IMG/VR virus record: IMGVR_UViG_3300028862_000012
Location: 159,866 to 223,865 of that record
Reading direction: 5' to 3' (one strand)
DNA length: 64,000 nt
Positions 15,903 through 26,707 of this stretch are shown in pieces. Within the stretch, counting starts at the first letter, position 1. Each line of letters opens with the position of its first letter. Both the position numbers and the translations under genes were made by a program. The notes beneath the pieces were generated by a model that worked only from the letters and a program-made list of their open reading frames with translations, did not search any database and had not been told where the DNA came from.

Positions 15903-18567
15903 TTGAAAGGAGTAAATTCAATGGCAGTAATACAAATGGCGCATGATCTTCCGTCTGATGTTATTGGAAAAACATGGAAGAAAAAAAATCTTGAAATTAC
16001 ACATAAAATTTCTTTGTGGTCATTAGTTGAAATTAATTATGAAGATGCTCCTAATAAAGGTGTTCGCTTGTTGGTATGTAAGCATACTCGTGACTGTGAT
16101 GGTACTCCACTTTATTCCTTGACTTGGGATCGTAATTATTATGAGCAGTTTGTCAATAATCAATATATGACTGTTTCAACCAATGGATATAGCGAAGAAG
16201 ATCTTAAAGTAATACTATGTTTCAATCAACATTGCTAATAAATATTGCTGATGATAAACATGAATTTTCAATATGTGGTAATAGAAGATGTGATGCTGGA
16301 ATATCTAGTGTTGCTTATTCTGCTTATCATGCTGGAATATTAGGATGGAGAAATGTGGAATTGCCAAAAGATGAAGCAAAAGCATATGGGAAAAAGTTTT
16401 TATTACTTTGTCCAGAGTGTTATAGAGTATTAGATAAGATACTTATTTATAAGGTATAAAAGGAGTTTTTTATGAAAATGACTGCTATAATTTGTCTTGA
16501 ACCTGATGAAATTCAGAAAGCGGTAATAGCTTATATTGAAAAAGAAACAAATAAAAAAGTTGATATAAAATCTTTTAGCTTTACTACAGGTACTCGGTCT
16601 GTTGGATCTGGCTTGTCAGAACATGATGAATGGTGTTTTAAAGGATGTACTGTTAAAGTTATAGATGCTTAATATTTATTGGAGTAAAAATGTTTGAGTC
16701 AAGTTGTTCAAATTGCGATGATATAGAATGTCTAGTTAGAGATTATTCCTATGACTGTTATAAGGAAGAAATTAAAGATATACAACAGTGCATGGATAGT
16801 TACGATATTGAACTTATTAAAAAGATTATTGATAGGTCGGATATTCTATATAAACAAACACAGAATGATAAGTTTTATCAGTTTTCTTATTTTGGAAAAC
16901 AGATACTTGATTGCTTTAATGGTGAGTAAGGAAATAAGTATGGAATATATTTTTAATGAACAGGAATATAAAGAATCTTTAGAAAACAAAAAAAATTGCT
17001 GAAGTATCTAAAGTTAATCAACAAGTAATTGAAAAATACTTTAGTGAGAATTGCAATCGAAAGAAGCATGGTTATTGCGATAACTGTATTATTTTAGGAA
17101 CTACTGTTTTATCAGGTGAATGGAATAAGTGTTTAGCAAATTTGTTTATAGAATGTTCAAAGTAAAAGGAATGAATATAAAGAATACAGAATTAGAAGAG
17201 TTGATTAGCCAGTTTATAGAAACACAATCTGATAATGATACAGGTGAGTGTTGTATTTCTTCTAAAGAAATGTCAGAGCAAGTTATGGAAGGATTTAAAG
17301 ATTTTCTAAAATTAAAGGGTAAACGGATTAAATAATATGGAAAAGGTAACACCTAATGCAATACAAGCAAATGGTTTTTATAATCATTTTTCTGGTATGA
17401 AAAAATGGACCATAACTTGTGATAGATGTAACCATACTTGGGTAGAAAAAGTTCCAATAGTAGAACCTTCTTCAGTAGTTTGTCCCTGCTGTTGTACTCA
17501 AAATATATGGTCAATTGTTAAGTTTGAAAAAGAATACAATAAAGTAAATAATTAAGGAGATACTATGTACGATCCGATCTATGTAATTAATTTACAGATT
17601 CATGCTTGCTTTGCAAGCTTTTCCTCTCGTGATATTTATATGTACAAAGAAATATCAAAATCAGAGTTTGATAAAGAAAAACTTTCTGTAACTGGTGACT
17701 ATATTTTTGAAGATACAGAATATGGCTTGTTTGAAATATTTATTGAGGATACTACTTATTATAATGTAAGCATACCTACAAACTATGCTACTCTAGCTGA
17801 GATGCAAATGCTGATTGATAAGTATACTCTTGAACTTGGCTATTCTAGAAATAAGTCAGAAGCGTATAATGATCGTTATGAACTTAGAAAGCTAAATGAA
17901 GAAAAAATAAAAGCAGATGAAAGAAAACAAGCAGGGTATATTTATTATATCAGTGTAGACTGGAAGTATGATCAGAAATTAGCGCAAGGTGGTTTTTCTG
18001 ATGACTTATGGAATTATGAAAAAACACAGCAATATACTAAAAGTAAATCTTTTGGATATTTTGGTCATAATGTGCGAAAAGAAGAATTGGATATTTATAT
18101 AGAGAAAGCTTTGAAAGATATTCATAGTAAATCTAAATTTCCATCAATTGATTATAGAGAAATTTGCTATAGTTATTTAAGTTCCTCTGATGCACGTCAT
18201 ATGTGTGATACTCTTGAAGATATTCCTTTTGAAGCACAAAAAAAAGACATTGATAATAAAATAAAATCTATGTGGAATAATGCTTATATCTATGGAAAGA
18301 AAGAGCATGATGGAACATTTTATGGAACCATGAATTTAATGGATAAGTATAAAGAGGATTTGTTTGACTATGAATAAAGATATAACAAAACTTTTAAAGT
18401 GCTATGCTACTTATTGTGATACTAATATTGATTGTTTACTTACTGAAAGGCAAATGGTTTTATCAAAAGAATATACGATTAAAATCGATGAATTATTTGA
18501 TAGATATTTATCTTCAATGGCAGAGTTTAAAAACTGCATTGAACTTATATTAAAACATAAAGACTAG
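15903..18567 (+). other. Cluster of ~10 small hypothetical ORFs (incl. 17565..18377, 270 aa)
   Basis: Tightly packed co-oriented ORFs, no recognisable motifs. Confidence 0.7.
16940..17165 (+). pseudogene. Hypothetical ORF split at an A8 run (16988-16995)
   Basis: Removing one A gives a 74-aa ORF ENKKIAEVSKVNQQ...IECSK. Confidence 0.6.
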
Positions 18568-18582
18568 AATAGGATTTTTTAA

Positions 18583-19062
18583 ATGAATACAAAAGTAAAA
18601 GAGTTAGATGAAATTGTAAAACAAATGATACTGTTACATAAAGGTGGAGAACGATTTTTTGATAATCTGGACAGGGCTGTATGTAACTCAAATTTTTGCA
18701 TGAAATTATTTTCCATGTTTACAACTTCTAATGATGTCGATGCAATCATTGTATCAGGAAAGTTTGGTTTATACTTTAGTCAAATTCCTGATATTCAATT
18801 ATATGGCGCTACAATTATTGTAGCAAATGGTGGACTAAGACTTGCTGATTCAAAAGTAATTGATTTATCCCCTTTTAGTAATTCAATTACTAATCGGAAG
18901 TTTATGTTTATTGATGATAGCTATTATTCTGGTACTACTCGCTTTATGATTGAAAAAGAATTAAATAAGCTTAATGCTACAATATCAAAAGTAGCAGTTT
19001 GCTATGATGGATCAAAAGATAAAGATGATTCCGTTATTTCTTTATATAGATACTATGATTAG
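18583..19062 (+). CDS. Phosphoribosyltransferase-fold protein
   Basis: PRPP-binding loop FIDDSYYSGTT. Confidence 0.8.
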   Translation: MNTKVKELDEIVKQMILLHKGGERFFDNLDRAVCNSNFCMKLFSMFTTSNDVDAIIVSGKFGLYFSQIPDIQLYGATIIVANGGLRLADSKVIDLSPFSNSITNRKFMFIDDSYYSGTTRFMIEKELNKLNATISKVAVCYDGSKDKDDSVISLYRYYD

Positions 19063-19075
19063 TATTTTTTAGTAA

Positions 19076-19104
19076 TTGACATAAAGTATATAAAAGAATA
19101 ATAT
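19076..19104 (+). promoter_or_regulatory. sigma70-type promoter, probably leaderless for ORF 19110
   Basis: TTGACA-17-TAATAT; ATG 5 nt later. Confidence 0.7.
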
Positions 19105-19109
19105 AATCT

Positions 19110-20930
19110 ATGGAAAAAATTGTAGGTTTTAATATATTTAGACTTCAGCAAGATGATTCATTTTTTGAAGATGAAGTTTTGTTTAATAGTTTATTTAATG
19201 AGTATATGGCTTACAGCCATAATAGAAACTTTTGGGATTATCTGTTTGGAGCCTCAGATAGGCAGGAGCCATTAGATACATTATCAGAAAGAGAACTAAA
19301 GATAGTTGCATCTGTTATTCAATGGCTAGGAACACCTGTAGGGACACAGTTTTTACATAAAGCAGGATTTGATAAAAAAGATATTGAAATAAAAAATAGA
19401 TATATACCTGACTATAATACTATGACTTTCTATGAAGAATCTGCTTACGTAATGTACAAAGGTAAACTAAGTGTTGCATATGGTATAAATAATAAACCTG
19501 TTCCATTTCCAAAAGGATAATTTATGAAACAACTTAAAATGTGGATTGGTAGATATTTTGATAATGATCCTAATTATTCAAGTAGTCATACTAAAGAGTG
19601 TGCTATTATAGCTTACACTAAAAAGCAAGCTATGGAATTATCAGGTTTAAGTAATAGAGAATTAAGTGTTTATTTTCATCATGATACTTTAGGTAAATTT
19701 GGATCACCTGAAATAAAAGAGAATTGCACAAGTGTAGGCTTTTGGATTATTGATGATCCATATAGCACTCTTCATAATATACCTCGGAGAATAAAATGAA
19801 TAAAACAATATATGAGCAGTTTGATGAAGCATTTAGACATCATATGAGTTCTAAACTTGAAAGAAAAGGTCAAGCTACTTTTAATGCAGTTATGACAATT
19901 GATCCGGTACTTGCAGATAGTTTGCGCGGAACAAATATAGACTGCTATTATTTTGATGGAAAAATTAATGATTTTATGAGTGTAGTATATAATAAGTGGA
20001 GTAGTTTGTGAAACAGGACAGAAGCTATCTATGTGATGAAAAGTGTAATGAGTGTATACTATTACAATCACCTAATAGTAGAATGGTTACTGAAGTTTTG
20101 AATGAACTGTATAATAAGTTTGGTAATGGGGTATATGAAATAGTAGAAAAAAATTGCCCTAATCTTACTTGTTGCTATGATTGTCATATAGATGATTTTT
20201 GTCATGTTAAAGGATGTAAAATTATTAAGGAGAATAAAATGAACATTGAAGAAGGTAAAGAATATTTTTATATAAATATAAGTTGTTCAGAAATTGATTA
20301 TATTATTCAAAAAGTAAAAATACAAAAAATAATAAGTAACTATGTAACTTGTTATGATGTAGAGGATAAAGCTAAAGATAATATGTGTATTTTTACTGAT
20401 GAATCATTTTTCTCTGAAAAGTATTCAGAAGCTCATACCTATCTTATTAACGAACTTAAAAAATATGAAGAGAATGAAATGGAAATAGTAAGAAATAACA
20501 TAAAAGATACTATTGAAAAATCAAATAAAGCTTGTCAAAAGTATTTTAAGGAAGAATATGGACGAAGACATAATTAGAGACTATATAGAGAAAAATATTA
20601 AAATACAGATTAATGAATATTACTCAATGAATTGTAAGCATGGATTAAGTGTAAGTTTAGTTCTTAATAGTAAAGAAGTTTCAGAAGATCATATTATGAT
20701 AGAAGGGTATAATGAATAAAGAATATGAGGATATATTTAATAATAGACTTATGGAATTAGAAAAAGAAAAAACAAGTCTTGTTGTCGATATAGATACTTA
20801 TGAAAATACAGGTGGAAAAGGTATAGAATTAATGTCCGAATATCATAATACTATGATAAAGTATTGGATGCTTTGTGAAAGAATAAGTGAATTAAATAGA
20901 TTAAGATATCTTATAGAAAGGGATTACTAA
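19110..20930 (+). other. Cluster of six small hypothetical ORFs
   Basis: ORF track; overlapping start/stop codons. Confidence 0.7.
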
Positions 20931-20933
20931 TAA

Positions 20934-21347
20934 ATGAATATAACACCTGAAAGAATAACAGAACTAAAACCAAAGGAAGTGTTCTGCTTCGGCTCAAATG
21001 AAAAAGGTCGCCACGGACTTGGTGCCGCTAAATTAGCTTATAATGAATTTGGTGCAGTATGGGGTAAAGGGTTTGGATTGTTTGGTCAAAGTTTTGCCAT
21101 TCCTACAAAAGACGAGAATATTGAAACACTTCCTTTAGATAAGATACAAACATATATTCAAGCTTTTGAAGTACAAGTAATAAATCATCCTACTCTAATT
21201 TTTTATGTTACTCAAATTGGATGTGGCTATGCAGGATATACACCAAAAGATATAGCACCTTTATTTAAAAGTTGTTATCAATTACCTAATGTATATATGC
21301 CAGAAAGTTTTTGGGAAATATATAAAAAGGTAAATCATGAACTTTGA
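20934..21347 (+). CDS. A1S_2505-like phage non-structural protein
   Basis: VFCFGSNEKGRHGLGAA, GQSFAIPTK, VTQIGCGYAG motifs. Confidence 0.75.
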   Translation: MNITPERITELKPKEVFCFGSNEKGRHGLGAAKLAYNEFGAVWGKGFGLFGQSFAIPTKDENIETLPLDKIQTYIQAFEVQVINHPTLIFYVTQIGCGYAGYTPKDIAPLFKSCYQLPNVYMPESFWEIYKKVNHEL

Positions 21348-22191
21348 AACATTTTTATTTATAATAAAGAATACTTTTAGGTGTAAAATAATTTGTTATT
21401 CTGACAATACTGCTATTATTATCTATAATAATAAAAAATATAAGTTTAAGTATTATAATAATTTTATTAATTGTATAGATGCAGATGCTTTTTTAAATAG
21501 TTGTACTTGTAGTTATGATTGTAACCTCGAATATATTTCAGAGTTATCAATTATTGATTATTTTATTTCTATAGTAAAAGCTAATAATAATCTATTTGAA
21601 TTTTCATACAAAGAATCAGGAGTAAAAAAGTTATGGAATACATTGACAAAGAAGTATTAAAAAACATGCTTACTTGTGGTAATTGTTATGGTGTTCATTG
21701 TGGTGTAACCGATGAGTCTACATGTCCTGCATATGATTATAATGAATCATGTAATGTAGATATTGATGATTGCAAGTTAACTGATATAGCAATAGCCAAA
21801 ATTAGAACTTATATTGAAACACAGGATGATACTAATGAATAATAAATTTAAGATCGGAGATAATGTAAAGATACGAAAGACTTGCGCCTTTCATGGTGGA
21901 GAAATTACTAAAGTAACAGAAGTTTTTACTAAAAGTGTATGTCTTGAAATAGACAACGGATTGTTTGAATTTCCAAAAGAAGGATTAATAAAGATAGGTT
22001 TTAATTATTATTTACCTGTAATAAATAAATATTTGTATTCTATCGCTTTATATGGACTTATGGCTTATTTCTTTATAACCTGCTCACCAAATGATCTATT
22101 ATTCTTTTCAGGAATAGTTTATAGCTCTATAGTAGTTTGGTGCGAAGATACTATTTTTAGTAAGCTTAAATGTTTTAAGAAAGAGGAATAA
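21337..22191 (+). other. Three hypothetical ORFs, the last membrane-associated
   Basis: ORF track; hydrophobic C-terminal half in 21814..22191. Confidence 0.6.
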
Positions 22192-22192
22192 A

Positions 22193-22705
22193 ATGCTTAG
22201 ACCTGCTATATCTTATAAAGCTGAACTAGATAAAATAAATATTGAATTAATGGAAAAAGAAGAAATATATAAATATTTTATTAGTGCAGATTATTGGTAC
22301 AAGTTATTCGTTATAGATGAAACAGAGTATAATCAGATATCACGAGTAAGTGTTGATAGTGATGGAAAAGTAATTGGATATATTGGTGTATCCTTAAATA
22401 AAGCTATTAATTCTGTAAATCATATGTATGTTTGCTATTTTAAAATGCCTAAAATTAGTTATACTTTTACAAAAGATGTTTTAGAATTTATTGATTATTT
22501 ATTTGTATATAAAAAGTTTAATAAAATACATTGGAGTGTATATATCGGAAATCCGGCTATAAAGGTTTACAATAAGTTCATTGAGCGCTATAATGGAAAG
22601 ATAGTTGGATATTTTAAAGACGATGAAAGACTACTAGATAACTCCATTGTGGATAAACAAGTATATGAAATTATACGTGAAGACTATTTAAAAGCAAAGG
22701 AATAA
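22193..22705 (+). CDS. GNAT-family acetyltransferase (RimJ/RimL-like)
   Basis: GKVIGYIG, KIHWSVYIGNPAIKVYNKF..G.IVGYFKD pattern. Confidence 0.65.
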   Translation: MLRPAISYKAELDKINIELMEKEEIYKYFISADYWYKLFVIDETEYNQISRVSVDSDGKVIGYIGVSLNKAINSVNHMYVCYFKMPKISYTFTKDVLEFIDYLFVYKKFNKIHWSVYIGNPAIKVYNKFIERYNGKIVGYFKDDERLLDNSIVDKQVYEIIREDYLKAKE

Positions 22706-22944
22706 AGGAATAAATATTATGGGTAGAGCTAAATATACTTTTGAGTTAGATGAAATACAAGAGAAAGAATTTGATGAGTGGAAAGAAAAGATAAAGGATC
22801 TAATGGGAAGTTATGGTGGTTATACCTTTATTTTTAGACCTAACAGTATTGGATGTGGTGTAACTATTCATAGCGATTTAATTAACAAAGATATAGATGT
22901 TTCCCATCAAGAAAATTGGTAGAATAACAGAGTAGGTTACTTAT

Positions 22945-23649
22945 ATGAAAGTTTTAATTGTAGATGGAAATAATCTTGTATGCGCGGGATATTTTGTAAG
23001 TAAAAATTACCCTGAAAAACTTATACCTATGCAATGTGCTGATTATTTTAATAATAGAGTAAGTAAGATCGAACAACAATTAGGATGTGATGCAACCTAT
23101 GTAGCATGGGATGGAATTAATAGTACTGCATGGCGTAAAACTATATTTCCTGATTACAAGGGAACACGAAAAGAAAAAGAGCCAATGTTGTATGAATGTC
23201 TAAATTATGTTCCTGATAATAATATATTTAAAAATATAAAAGTGGAAAATGCTGAAGGAGATGATACTATATATGCACTCTGTCGCTATATGACAGAAAC
23301 GGGTAACTCAAATTATATATTATCTCATGATAATGATATGATTCAAATAGTTCAGGAGAAATTAAGTAAAGGGGTATATACCCATATTAAAAATACTTTT
23401 AAATCTATCCCTGATTATGATATAGCTGTTTTTAAAAGCTTAATGGGAGATACATCAGATAACTTACATGGACTTATGGGGATTGGAGAAAAGAAAGCAA
23501 TAAAATTAATCGAAAATAATCTAGCAGGATTAACAGGCGAACAGATACAATTGTTTAGAAAGCATAAACAAGTTATACGATTAGCAAATAATCCTTATAA
23601 AGATAATTTTCTTAATACTGTAAAGCAATATATTGTTAGTAACTCATAA
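22945..23649 (+). CDS. 5'-3' exonuclease / flap endonuclease (T4 RNase H-like)
   Basis: IVDGNN, YKGTR, AEGDDTI, SHDNDMIQ, LMGDTSDNLHGLMGIGEKKA (H3TH). Confidence 0.9.
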   Translation: MKVLIVDGNNLVCAGYFVSKNYPEKLIPMQCADYFNNRVSKIEQQLGCDATYVAWDGINSTAWRKTIFPDYKGTRKEKEPMLYECLNYVPDNNIFKNIKVENAEGDDTIYALCRYMTETGNSNYILSHDNDMIQIVQEKLSKGVYTHIKNTFKSIPDYDIAVFKSLMGDTSDNLHGLMGIGEKKAIKLIENNLAGLTGEQIQLFRKHKQVIRLANNPYKDNFLNTVKQYIVSNS

Positions 23650-23838
23650 CTATTATAATATGATAAAAGTATTTTTGAAGTGCATCAATGATGAAGATAG
23701 CTTCGAGTATGAAGAATTTTTAGCCGAGTTATCAGATCAAAAGTTAAAGAAATATTTAATAATAAATAATTATAGTTATGAAATACTATCTAAAATAGAA
23801 ACACCTGAATTTACAAAAGTAATAGTAGATAGAGTATA

Positions 23839-24481
23839 ATGAGATTACTTGAAACAGATCATTTACTTGAGACAGAACGAGATACTTTTTCAAATAATAA
23901 TATTAAAAAATATTTATATTTATTGTCGGAAGAATTTCCTAATGATATGCCATTAGAATGTAGACAGACTATTTTAAGCTGGAAAGTAGTTTCTAAGTCA
24001 CCCCTATAGCTATAGTTTTTATGATATAACAGATAAGTCATGGGACGATACTCATCAAGATTACTTCTATCGTTGTGCAGATCATTGGAATTTTCTATCA
24101 CAAAGTAAAATTCATTGTCGAACACAAGACAACAAAGATTATAAGAACTTATACAGTATAGCTGAATACAATCCCGAAACTAATAGATATGTAGTTATGC
24201 AAAGTTTTAAGAAAGAAAAGTATGCTGTACCAAGCATCATAGATAAACTATCCGGCGAAGAATTAACAGATAGTTTATTAGCATTAATTAATCAAAATGA
24301 TTTAATAAACAAAAGATTAAAAGATATTATTGTAAACTTAGTAGTAACAGAAAATGATAGCATGTTAATAACATCTAAAATTCAAAAAACCATAAATACA
24401 TTTTATTATTTATTTTCAATAAACCATAGCATGATACAATTAAAAGATAAAGTGTATCATGCTATAAATAAAGACCTATAA
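23839..24481 (+). pseudogene. Hypothetical protein split at a C4 run (24001-24004)
   Basis: Removing one C joins MRLLETDH...SKSP to YSYSFYD...MQSFKK (track 24197..24481), 213 aa. Confidence 0.6.
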
Positions 24482-24817
24482 CTTACTTTTTAAGCTCATA
24501 TTTACTTCACTCCGAAGTTGCTTAAATAAAGGACTATCACTATAATCTTCATTATCTTCAGCTTGCTTACATTTCAATATATACTGTTCAAATTCTGGGA
24601 TAGGATAAATACTCATATACACTTTATCTTCTACTATCTTTAGTTTAAGCGTTCCAATATCAGGTAATACAATCTCATCATTACCTGCATTACAAATAGC
24701 AATATAAGTAATAATACCTTTAAATAACTTATATACGTCTTGCTTCTTTTCAATTGAACTAAAGCAACGTATTAACTCTTTAGCCTGTTCGTTTTTATCA
24801 ATAACTGCATTATTCAT
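24476..24817 (-). CDS. Possible HU/IHF-like DNA-binding protein
   Basis: Weak motif NDEIVLPDIGTLKL. Confidence 0.3.
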   Translation of the reverse strand: MNNAVIDKNEQAKELIRCFSSIEKKQDVYKLFKGIITYIAICNAGNDEIVLPDIGTLKLKIVEDKVYMSIYPIPEFEQYILKCKQAEDNEDYSDSPLFKQLRSEVNMSLKSKL

Positions 24818-24826
24818 ACTTCATCC

Positions 24827-25852
24827 TTATAAGTTTAAATTATATTCTTTTTCTAAGTTTTCTTTTACAATAGTAATTAATTCTCGTATATCACCTTGTG
24901 CATGGCTATCACAACGTAAATCAATTACCTTTTTCCACTGTTCTATATTTGCTGTACTCATAATAGTTGTACTTGTTCCATTTGGCAAAACTTCACGTGC
25001 TGTTTCTGGTAAAGTACCTATATCTATTAAGTCAAAGTATGCTTGTTCCGCTTGAGAATAAGCAGTAAGGTATGGAGCTATTAAAGTAGTACTGGTTAAT
25101 ATATCAGCATTAATCATTGATTGCCTGATTGAGTAAGGTAGAATAAAATCAATTGAATGATTGAACTTATTTGAACTATAATTACAGTATCTTTGACTGG
25201 ATTGCGAAACTGAGTTCTTTCTATGGCGAACTAATTGATGTGATACTGATCTGCTTGTAGTAAATACAAAAGATTCGTAGCAATGTTTATTAATTTCATA
25301 GTTTCTACTATTTTCATTAGGAATAAATTTTAAAAGATCTTTTATTTCTGATATAGTAAGGATAGGAAAAAGATAATCAACATAGTCATCAATATGTTCT
25401 GAAAAAATTATAGGATACAGAATAGTACATGTTTTATAAAACTGTATATAAATATTTTGTTCTCCACATTTTAATAAAGAATAATAAGAATTTTTAAAAA
25501 TATAATTTAGTAATTCATACCAAGCTCTAACATTAGCACTAATAATACTATAACAATATCCATCTTTCAATATACTACTTATATTAAAAAATCCAGCATA
25601 AAAATTACTATCAGGAATAATATTAAAAAGTTTTCTAGTTATGTCTTCAGCATTATCATACACAAGCATTGAAATACTTTCATGCTCTAATATTGATAAA
25701 TGACCTTTTTCAATTATTTTTTTAATAAAAGGAATATAACTATCTTCTTTAATATTATTTTCAGAACGATAACATAACCTTCCAGCATATTCCATTTTCT
25801 TATATGGAACTGTATTAGGAACATAGGTAACAGATGGATCAATAATTTTCAT
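24827..25852 (-). CDS. thyX: FAD-dependent thymidylate synthase
   Basis: AGRLCYRSE, GHLSILEH, RSVSHQLVRHR...SQSSQRY, PETAREVLP, LRCDSHAQGDIR. Confidence 0.93.
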   Translation of the reverse strand: MKIIDPSVTYVPNTVPYKKMEYAGRLCYRSENNIKEDSYIPFIKKIIEKGHLSILEHESISMLVYDNAEDITRKLFNIIPDSNFYAGFFNISSILKDGYCYSIISANVRAWYELLNYIFKNSYYSLLKCGEQNIYIQFYKTCTILYPIIFSEHIDDYVDYLFPILTISEIKDLLKFIPNENSRNYEINKHCYESFVFTTSRSVSHQLVRHRKNSVSQSSQRYCNYSSNKFNHSIDFILPYSIRQSMINADILTSTTLIAPYLTAYSQAEQAYFDLIDIGTLPETAREVLPNGTSTTIMSTANIEQWKKVIDLRCDSHAQGDIRELITIVKENLEKEYNLNL

Positions 25853-25947
25853 ACTAACTCAAATTATTTTATAAATCATTTAACAATTTTTCATATAATT
25901 ATAAACAGAGTATATACAAGTAATTAAATAATGTCAATAAGTAACCT

Positions 25948-26641
25948 CTAAATAGATCTTATAAGATTTTTTAATAATAGATTATACTTGTAAGTAATAT
26001 TTTTATTCATCCAGTCATATCCTTCTGGATGAATATGCTTTAACCAAGTAGGATTACAAAAGTAATAAGAAAAATGTTCTGCAAAGCATTCACCTCCATT
26101 TAAAGTTCCATAACTTGAAGGTGATTCTGCCATGTCATGACAAGGCGTTTTATATTCTTTATTTTCATTATCAAATAAATGACCTATTTCGTGGACTAAA
26201 GTAAAAAAAAGAAATATATGATCCTCTTTTAATTTCAATTTCATCTATAGAAGTACCTACAACTCGGGCTTCCTCTGTACCTGAAAAACTTTTATAAACT
26301 ATACTTATTCCAAAACTTTCAAGTATTTTTATAATAGTATCATCTATTAAAATATTCATAAATAAAGGCTTATCATATTTTTTTATACCATAGGTATGGA
26401 ACTTCCATTCATATCTTTTTTCACAATAATTGTTATATTCTCTAAAGGAAATAAACTCTTTTGAGAAATAATGATTGGATGGATCTTTTTCTGTCATGTC
26501 TGTTTCATACTGTACATGAAACTTTTTAAATAACAGGTCTGTATACTTATCTCTATTTTCTTTATCATTATTTAGTGTAAAATTATCTATAGCATCTTTA
26601 TAGATTTGAATAACTTCATCATCGTTTTCTTTTAAACTCAT
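25948..26641 (-). pseudogene. HExxH zinc metallopeptidase-like protein split at a T8 run
   Basis: Removing one base at 26203-26210 joins ...RGSYISFF to TLVHEIGHLFD...ECFAEHF (230 aa). Confidence 0.65.
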
Positions 26642-26664
26642 ATTATAATAGTTAATAACTATTA
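26642..26664. promoter_or_regulatory. Back-to-back TAACTATTA motifs (divergent promoter)
   Basis: TAATAGTTA-A-TAACTATTA inverted repeat between the peptidase gene and terminase. Confidence 0.6.
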
Positions 26665-26707
26665 CTATATAAGGAAATAGTTTTACTATATAGGAAAATA
26701 ATATAGA

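Noticed and set aside
10500-16000. CRISPR array belonging to the type IV operon
   Set aside because: No regularly spaced direct repeats on either side; only isolated hairpins.
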